From positions 1 to 62,434 of the forward strand of contig CAYWPT010000002.1 in assembly GCA_964460605.1 (NCBI GenBank): a stretch of 62,434 nt of DNA, written 5' to 3'. This document shows positions 56,764 through 62,434 of this stretch, piece by piece. The DNA comes from an uncultured Methanosarcinales archaeon (lineage in GTDB: Archaea > Nanobdellota > Nanobdellia > Woesearchaeales > GW2011-AR9). The first letter of the stretch is position 1, and every line of letters begins with the position of its first letter. Below the pieces are notes generated by a model. It searched no databases. It saw only the letters and a program-made list of their open reading frames with translations, and was not told the DNA's origin. A program made the position numbers and the translations under genes.

Positions 56764-57378
56764 ATGCGAAAAAGAAAGAAGCCTACATACTATTACATTG
56801 AAATTAGGTATTTTGGTAAAGCAAAACACCATATTAGAAGAATAATAAATGATGTGAACAAAACATTTGGTATTCGCACCAAGAAAAGAGCAATCCCGCA
56901 CATTACACTTGTACAACCATTTACTACAAACAATCAAAAAAGAGTAGTCTCAGATTTCAAAAGGATTTGTTCTAAGTACAAAGGACTGATGAAGTTCACT
57001 GTTGATGGTTGGGGCGTGTTCCCATTCTTTGTTGTGTTTGCAAAAGTTAATCCCGATAAGAAGATAGTTAAACTTAGACACCACCTCTTGAACTGTTACC
57101 GCAAGTATGCGAGAGTTAAAGATGTAGATAGGGCATACCATCCACATACAACTATAGCGCTTAAGATGGGGCTTATTAAGTTCTTTAGGATCTGGTTCTA
57201 CTTGAAAAGGAAACATAGGTTAGTGTTTACCAATCACGTTCTTAGGATAACTTTGCTGAAGGGGCAGAAGATCTTGTATGAATATGATATGATGACTGGC
57301 AGAATGCTTAACAGGTCTAAGGCAAAGAGCAGGAAGCAGCTGGCAAAGACTTTTAGAACTTTGAAGAAAAAGAAGTAG
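56764..57378 (+). CDS. 2H phosphoesterase superfamily protein (LigT/2'-5' RNA ligase-like) with basic termini
   Basis: Two HxTx motifs (PHITLVQPF and HPHTTIALK). Lys/Arg-rich N- and C-termini. Confidence 0.6.
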   Translation: MRKRKKPTYYYIEIRYFGKAKHHIRRIINDVNKTFGIRTKKRAIPHITLVQPFTTNNQKRVVSDFKRICSKYKGLMKFTVDGWGVFPFFVVFAKVNPDKKIVKLRHHLLNCYRKYARVKDVDRAYHPHTTIALKMGLIKFFRIWFYLKRKHRLVFTNHVLRITLLKGQKILYEYDMMTGRMLNRSKAKSRKQLAKTFRTLKKKK

Positions 57379-57392
57379 CCTCAGAAGGGCAC

Positions 57393-58262
57393 TTATTTGC
57401 AGTAAATCCTTCTTTCAGATTGTTCTCCTTTCTCAAAAGAGAATTCAACACCACCTAGAGAAAGTGTTCTCTTTTCATCCGAAGGCGTGGATTGTGCAAA
57501 CATTCTTTCATACACTTGCCATGTTGGCATTGAAGCATCAGAAAATAATTCATCTAACATCCTTGAGACAGGTTGCCAATCGCCAGCTCTTGTATTACCG
57601 GAAATGATAATCAATGGTGTTTCCGGATCTGATGCAGGGGAACCTCTATCTCCATGGTCTCCAACCATTACAGTTCTTAATTGCTCATAGCCCGTTGGTG
57701 AGATTAATCTTCTAGCCAGATGTAGGTCTTTAATAAAGGAGCCACTATCAATATTTGGATTTTGATAGATATTACTGTCATCAAATGGTTTTCTCGTTTC
57801 GTTGTGTAATAATTGATGCCAGTGGTGAAACCATGCTTGTATCTCTGTTTGTAATGCTTTCTTCTCATCACTCCCAAAAGGAAGTTCTCTCAGGCGGTCA
57901 CTACGTTCCAAGGATTCAGCATCTAATGCTTCTCTTCGTTCTTCAGATTCAAAACTAATTCTCGTATCGTAATCATCGCGGATGCCCCTAATAACTCCAT
58001 CTTCTCTAACATATAACACTACATTCCCAGCATCAATTTGTTGCCTACCAAAATATCCTTCAAATAAACTATCTATATCTGCTAAATGTGCTCTGCCTCC
58101 ATCTCCTGCAGTTGTAGCAACGTATAATCTTCTTCCAGTTTCACGTTGGGCTTCAAGAAAAGTGGGTACGTTTGGATATAAACCAACGTTATCTCTAAAT
58201 GATTCAAATTCTCCTAATGTACTGTCTTTGTCAAAGAATATAATATCGTTATCAATTGTCAT
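57393..58262 (-). CDS. HAD-superfamily hydrolase-like protein
   Basis: Motif I FFDKDSTL (DxDxT) lies near the N-terminus when the start is set at ATG 58262. Motif IV-like VGDHGDRGSPASD. It has a large cap insertion. Confidence 0.55.
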   Translation of the reverse strand: MTIDNDIIFFDKDSTLGEFESFRDNVGLYPNVPTFLEAQRETGRRLYVATTAGDGGRAHLADIDSLFEGYFGRQQIDAGNVVLYVREDGVIRGIRDDYDTRISFESEERREALDAESLERSDRLRELPFGSDEKKALQTEIQAWFHHWHQLLHNETRKPFDDSNIYQNPNIDSGSFIKDLHLARRLISPTGYEQLRTVMVGDHGDRGSPASDPETPLIIISGNTRAGDWQPVSRMLDELFSDASMPTWQVYERMFAQSTPSDEKRTLSLGGVEFSFEKGEQSERRIYCK

Positions 58263-58318
58263 TGTTATTCCATTACCAGGCCCACTTTTAAAGTTTATCA
58301 AGAAAATGTTCAAGAGGG

Positions 58319-58474
58319 TTACTTCAACCTCTTAACCCAATAAGCAAGACCGCCGTCTGGTTTACTATACCTCAGTTCAAATAAGCAATCGCTGCACTTG
58401 AGCCTGAACTGCCATCTAGTGTTCTTGTAAAACATATCAGCAGAACGGCAGAGTGGACAAGTGATCCAGACCAT
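58319..58474 (-). CDS. small zinc-ribbon protein (51 aa, below the track cutoff)
   Basis: MVWITCPLCRSADMFYKNTRWQFRLKCSDCLFELRYSKPDGGLAYWVKRLK has CPLC...CSDC. It lies directly upstream of the HAD-like gene on the same strand. Confidence 0.4.
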   Translation of the reverse strand: MVWITCPLCRSADMFYKNTRWQFRLKCSDCLFELRYSKPDGGLAYWVKRLK

Positions 58475-58554
58475 TGTATACAGGGCTTATAACTTTCTTA
58501 TATACATTGTCCGTGGTTGGCCAGTGAAAGAGGGGCAAAATGCCCCAACAAGTT

Positions 58555-58713
58555 TTATCTCTTACGTTTAAAGTAAAGATACAAAACCTGTAACCCTACG
58601 CCAGATGAAAAAATCCATCCAGAGTAAGGCATTTGTGCAATCAAGCCAGCTCCGCCAATTGTCATTGCAATTGCAGGAGGAGTTGATGCAATAATTTTTG
58701 CTGTTGTATTCAT
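58555..58713 (-). CDS. small membrane protein (52 aa)
   Basis: MNTTAKIIASTPPAIAMTIGGAGLIAQMPYSGWIFSSGVGLQVLYLYFKRKR. It is followed by the hairpin GGGGCA-AA-TGCCCC at 58531-58544. Confidence 0.3.
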   Translation of the reverse strand: MNTTAKIIASTPPAIAMTIGGAGLIAQMPYSGWIFSSGVGLQVLYLYFKRKR

Positions 58714-58987
58714 GTTTCAGTCCTCTCACCAAACATTTAAGAATGATTAATCATTATTTACCTATAACGCGAGGTAGACCCTACTGATCGATCACTCTTT
58801 TGGTTTGGTTTACTTTTTTTTAATCAACCGAGAATTAGAGAATCGATAGGGTTATCAATTCATCTAACCTCTACCGATAAAGAATAAAAATATTTTGGGT
58901 TTTTAAAAGTTATTCAACCATCTCCTTACTACGTCGAGGGGGTAAGGAGAAACCAAGATTTAAATATACCAAAGAATATGTCTAACC

Positions 58988-59233
58988 ATGGCAAAGAAAA
59001 AGGGCTTAGCATCATTTGGCTTTAACTGGTGGCAGTGGTTATTCTATGTGATTGGATGGTTTACTGGAGTTCTTAACCTTTTGTTCTGGGTAATAATGGT
59101 TATAGCCCATATCAAATCTGATTGGGGTGAAAAATTCTTTAACAAAAAGTTCCATAGAAGAGTCTACATCTGGGGAATTGCAGCTACTGTTGTTTACGCT
59201 ATAGCACAATTGATATTATTACTTACGAGTTAA
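58988..59233 (+). CDS. small two-TM membrane protein
   Basis: 81-aa ORF with two hydrophobic helices. Confidence 0.45.
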   Translation: MAKKKGLASFGFNWWQWLFYVIGWFTGVLNLLFWVIMVIAHIKSDWGEKFFNKKFHRRVYIWGIAATVVYAIAQLILLLTS

Positions 59234-59393
59234 ATCTTTCAGGAAATTTCTCCTTCTTCAACTTCTCTGCTTCCTCACTCAAAGGTAAGTTCATGAACAG
59301 CAGGTTCCAGTCAGAACCATCAAAGTGAGAGAAGAGGCCTAAAGACATGTCAAGGCAAAGCTTGTCATAGCGCTCCTGTTCCTTCTTATTCAT
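59223..59393 (-). CDS. small hypothetical protein (56 aa), translationally coupled to the upstream gene
   Basis: MNKKEQERYDKLCLDMSLGLFSHFDGSDWNLLF... Its ATG lies inside the ATGAATAA overlap with the stop of the 59386-59784 gene. Confidence 0.35.
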   Translation of the reverse strand: MNKKEQERYDKLCLDMSLGLFSHFDGSDWNLLFMNLPLSEEAEKLKKEKFPERFNS

Positions 59394-59784
59394 TCTCATC
59401 ACCTGCTAGTTGAAGTATTTGGTCCAACTGTTCGTCCGTAACCGTTTGCATCACGGCGTCCCGGAAACGTTCGTACTTGTGCAGCGGCACCGTCCGCGCG
59501 TCCGAGTTAAGGTTAAGATTCACATTAGGCAACATCTTCTGTAGCTGATCTATAAGACGTGCTCTAGCCTTGACAGAATCAGCTTCACTGAGGTTCCTGC
59601 CAATGAGTTCTTTAATTAATTCAATAAACTTAGAATCCTTGAGCAAAATGTAAAGGTGCTTTTCCTCAGGTGAAATGTTTGGATTACCAAGTAGCAGATT
59701 AATCGTAGATTTATGGAGCTTCCTAGGCGATCGACTTCTTCCACCTTTCGCACTTAATTCCAAATGATCGGGCCTCTTACTCAA
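59386..59784 (-). CDS. hypothetical protein (basic N-terminus, helical)
   Basis: 132-aa ORF, locally GC-rich, with no recognised motif. Confidence 0.45.
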   Translation of the reverse strand: MSKRPDHLELSAKGGRSRSPRKLHKSTINLLLGNPNISPEEKHLYILLKDSKFIELIKELIGRNLSEADSVKARARLIDQLQKMLPNVNLNLNSDARTVPLHKYERFRDAVMQTVTDEQLDQILQLAGDENE

Positions 59785-59834
59785 ATCATGAAAGACTTAC
59801 TAAAAACCCCAAAGAATGGGAACAGTACCACGCA

Positions 59835-60314
59835 TTGTACAGAAAAGCAAGAGAAGAGTGGGAGGTAGTACCTTTCAAAGAGATGATTAAATGGTGTAAA
59901 GCAAGACCAGACTTAGTTGTTGGGGATTTTGGTTGTGGTGAAGCAAAAATTGCTGAAGAATTAGATAACACGGTTCATTCATTTGATCATATTGCGATAA
60001 ATGATCAAGTTATTGCTTGTGATATGTCAAAAGTTCCTTTAGATGATGATGATCTAGATGTTGCTATCTTTTCTTTATCATTGATGGGGAAGAATTTTGT
60101 TGATTATCTAAAAGAAGCTCATAGATGTCTTAAACTAGATGGTCACTTACATATCATAGAGCCAACTTCGAGGTTTAGTGATTTAAAGGGCTTTACCAGA
60201 AATCTGGAAAAGATAGGTTTTGACATTGTAACTGTTAAAGAAAAATACAAATTCACTTTTATTCGGGCCATTAAGAGTGAAAGAGTAGTAGTTGATACGG
60301 AGATTAAATTCTAA
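59835..60314 (+). CDS. Rrp8-like (Methyltransf_8 family) SAM-dependent methyltransferase, 5' end unclear
   Basis: VVGDFGCGEAKIA, VHSFDHIA..VIACDMSKVPLDDDDLDVAIFSLSLMGKNFVDYLKEAHRCLKLDGHLHIIEPTSRF closely parallels the eukaryotic Rrp8 methyltransferase domain. Family-like sequence (NPKEWEQYHALY) continues upstream of the tracked TTG start, with no in-frame ATG. Confidence 0.65.
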   Translation: MYRKAREEWEVVPFKEMIKWCKARPDLVVGDFGCGEAKIAEELDNTVHSFDHIAINDQVIACDMSKVPLDDDDLDVAIFSLSLMGKNFVDYLKEAHRCLKLDGHLHIIEPTSRFSDLKGFTRNLEKIGFDIVTVKEKYKFTFIRAIKSERVVVDTEIKF

Positions 60315-60320
60315 AGATAA

Positions 60321-60497
60321 CTAATTCACCTTTTTGGAAATCCTCGAGCTTATCTCGTGCTTATGGTCTGAATTCCTCACTGTAGTCTCATTGTTATGCT
60401 TCATTGCTGGTGCATTGCTTTTCCACTGCTTATCCACCGCTTGTGCACCTGTTATGTTATTTTTAAGTCTCATATTCTCTTCTATATGACACGCCAT
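60321..60497 (-). CDS. small ORF downstream of the radical SAM/SPASM gene (58 aa)
   Basis: MACHIEENMRLKNNITGAQAVDKQWKSNAPAMKHNNETTVRNSDHKHEISSRISKKVN. Same strand as the rSAM gene. No homology is recognised. Confidence 0.2.
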   Translation of the reverse strand: MACHIEENMRLKNNITGAQAVDKQWKSNAPAMKHNNETTVRNSDHKHEISSRISKKVN

Positions 60498-60660
60498 ATC
60501 TTACGGTGTCAAATAGGTGGGAAATTGAGAATAAACTTATAATGTGGTTACTCTATGCCAGAAACAGTCCGGAACTGTCTAAGAAATCTATTTAAGTATA
60601 ATAATTTAGAAGTAATCATGGAAGAAATAAAAGTAGAGTTACATAAAATAGTGGTCCTTC

Positions 60661-61917
60661 TTAAGGAGATACGTGTGTTGATTGATGATTCAATACCTTA
60701 AGCTTCAGGGGCGCAATTCCATCCTTATCGCTCACGTAATTATTTTTAAAAAGTCCTGGAAATTGAGCATTCACAAGACAGAAATTATTCTTTGAAATAT
60801 TTTCTCTCATCTTAGCAACTTCCATCTCAAAATTTAATCCAGCACATCTTTTCTTGTACTCTTTACAATTCTTGCAAACACTGATTAAATCTCTATACCA
60901 TTGTCTTAAGCCATCTAACTTTTTGGAACCTTGCCATATATCCTTTAAATCATCCTCAAGCAAGTTTCCTAGCTTAAATCGAGTATCTTGATAAATAGTA
61001 TATCCATGAGGCCAAACTGAACCGTCAGAAGCTAAGTTCAATGTTGTATTCCCATAAGGCACTCCACTTCTTATCTTATCTAAGTCAGACTTATCCTTAA
61101 TAGACTGTTCATTGTAAGCCTGTTCAAAATGCATGATGTGTAAATTAGGATATTTTTCTCTCAAGTTAATTGCAGTCATAGCTGATTCAAAATGTTCTTC
61201 AAAATCAAGAGACATCTTCTCATGATGATAGATTGCCCTCCCAATAGGTCTCATGTAAAAGAAATTAATTTCTTTAACATATTTTGATGCAATGTCAATA
61301 ATTGCTGGAATATCTCCATTATTCCTCTTAGTAATCACAGTATTGAACCTAAGTTTTATCCCCTTTTCAGACATTAATTTTATTGCTGTCATGCTTTTGT
61401 CAAATGTGCCTTTTCCCCTCATGAAATCGTGGTTCTCTCTTAGACCATCAATGCTGATTGTAACTTGATTAAGGTCAAGAATCTTTAATTTGTCGGTAAT
61501 TTCTTCAGGGTTATCATAGACTCCATTTGTATTTACAGAAACCACAAAACCTAATCTTTTTGCATATGAGAGAATTTCAAACCAATCGTCTCTTGTAGTA
61601 AGTTCTCCACCAGTAAATCTTACATCAATCACACCATTTCTTTGGAGGTCATCTAAAATTTTTAAAATTGGCTCAGTAGTTAAATCATGCTTTAGTTTAG
61701 GATGAGAAGAAACAAAACAATGTTTACAGGCAAGATTACATTTCTTTGTGAGCTCAAAGTAGACTCTTACTGGTGCAGAAATTATGTCTGTTCTATTGCT
61801 TAACTGATTTTTAACTTGAATATCAAAATCCTTTGCTCCTTCTTTATCAAAGTGGAACTTTAATGTCTCAGAGTTATAATAAATCCCCCCAAAGTGTTCT
61901 TTCCTAAAGATTATCAT
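60661..61917 (-). CDS. radical SAM enzyme with a SPASM-type C-terminal Cys cluster
   Basis: CNLACKHC (CxxxCxxC) near residue 60. C-terminal CKNCKEYKKRC plus further Cys. 418 aa. Confidence 0.8.
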   Translation of the reverse strand: MIIFRKEHFGGIYYNSETLKFHFDKEGAKDFDIQVKNQLSNRTDIISAPVRVYFELTKKCNLACKHCFVSSHPKLKHDLTTEPILKILDDLQRNGVIDVRFTGGELTTRDDWFEILSYAKRLGFVVSVNTNGVYDNPEEITDKLKILDLNQVTISIDGLRENHDFMRGKGTFDKSMTAIKLMSEKGIKLRFNTVITKRNNGDIPAIIDIASKYVKEINFFYMRPIGRAIYHHEKMSLDFEEHFESAMTAINLREKYPNLHIMHFEQAYNEQSIKDKSDLDKIRSGVPYGNTTLNLASDGSVWPHGYTIYQDTRFKLGNLLEDDLKDIWQGSKKLDGLRQWYRDLISVCKNCKEYKKRCAGLNFEMEVAKMRENISKNNFCLVNAQFPGLFKNNYVSDKDGIAPLKLKVLNHQSTHVSP

Positions 61918-62022
61918 ACAAGCTTAAACTATCAATTTTTTATAAATTTAATGAGGCATTTTATGGAAGATATACGAAATATAGGCGGAAAACATTATAA
62001 ATCCGGTTTAGATTTTAACTGT

Positions 62023-62434
62023 ATGAAAGTAGTGATTCTTGCAGGGGGAAAAGGTACCAGGCTTATGGAGGAAACTCGATTTACCCCTAAACCAATGATA
62101 TTAATTGGTGGAAAGCCTATAATCTGGCACATCATGAAATATTATGCTAGTTTTGGCTTTAATGAGTTCATAATTTGTGCTGGCTATAAGAAGGAGAAAG
62201 TTAAAGAGTTTTTTTCCAGCAAGAACTCAGGGAAAAAGTATCCAAAATCATGGAAAATTCAGACAGTTGACACTGGGTTAGATACTTTCACTGGTGGAAG
62301 AATTAAGAAAATTCAGAGATACATAAACAATGAAACTTTTTTAGTTACTTATGGGGATGGCCTATCAGATGTAGACCTTAAAGATTTAATCTCTTTTCAT
62401 AAAAAAGAAAATTCTTTGGTAACTTTGACTGCAG
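62023..62434 (+). CDS. rfbF: sugar-1-phosphate nucleotidylyltransferase (glucose-1-phosphate cytidylyltransferase-like), 3' end outside window
   Basis: MKVVILAGGKGTRLMEETRFTPKPMILIGGKPIIWHIMKYY is the typical N-terminal nucleotidyltransferase motif. The ORF runs to the window edge. Confidence 0.8.
   Translation, partial: MKVVILAGGKGTRLMEETRFTPKPMILIGGKPIIWHIMKYYASFGFNEFIICAGYKKEKVKEFFSSKNSGKKYPKSWKIQTVDTGLDTFTGGRIKKIQRYINNETFLVTYGDGLSDVDLKDLISFHKKENSLVTLTA

Noticed and set aside
1-62434. A search for CRISPR arrays, rRNA genes, IS elements with terminal inverted repeats, and additional VR-like copies of the TR.
   Set aside because: Reading the sequence revealed no regularly spaced direct repeats, no rRNA-like conserved blocks, no transposase ORFs, and no further copy of AGCGGCCGTGCCGTTGTGCTT.

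Overview
This is an AT-rich archaeal chromosome segment. Gene content points to a small-genome, DPANN-like archaeon: aEF-2, aEF-1alpha, L7Ae/S28e/L24e, S10, Spt5, SecE, aCPSF1, proteasome beta, GINS, SMC, CarS and a class II RNR. Both integrase-adjacent tRNAs carry introns, and dph2 appears split into two distant genes. I saw no rRNA genes and no CRISPR array.

Two accessory regions stand out.

(1) An integrated element of about 7.4 kb (1679-9034). It is bounded by a perfect 17-bp direct repeat that includes the 3' end of a two-intron tRNA-Ser(UGA). It carries a tyrosine integrase, T4SS-pilin/VirB6-like membrane genes with a PrgI-like fragment, and a complete diversity-generating retroelement (DGR). 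The DGR consists of a reverse transcriptase (RT, 4679-6415), an 88-nt template repeat (TR, 6451-6538) and a matching variable repeat (VR, 6907-6994) inside a 343-aa target gene. Of the 17 TR/VR mismatches, 15 fall at TR adenines, and 10 of the 12 AAY (Asn) codons are recoded in VR. A GC hairpin lies directly after VR. No Avd gene is visible, and the RT has a long C-terminal extension.

(2) A second island lies downstream of an intron-containing tRNA-Glu(UUC). Its integrase ORF reads out of the tRNA. Its cargo comprises:
- a secreted beta-helix protein
- a 2H phosphoesterase
- a HAD hydrolase
- small zinc-ribbon and membrane ORFs
- a eukaryote-type Rrp8-like methyltransferase
- a radical SAM/SPASM enzyme

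Other oddities:
- a synonymously diverged in-frame duplicate of the last 13 codons of rps10
- a FAD-oxidase gene remnant
- an in-frame TAA upstream of a 460-aa orphan gene inserted between the EF-2 and EF-1alpha genes
- a GC-rich structured-RNA candidate next to tRNA-Thr

All calls come from reading the sequence and the ORF track; no database search was run.
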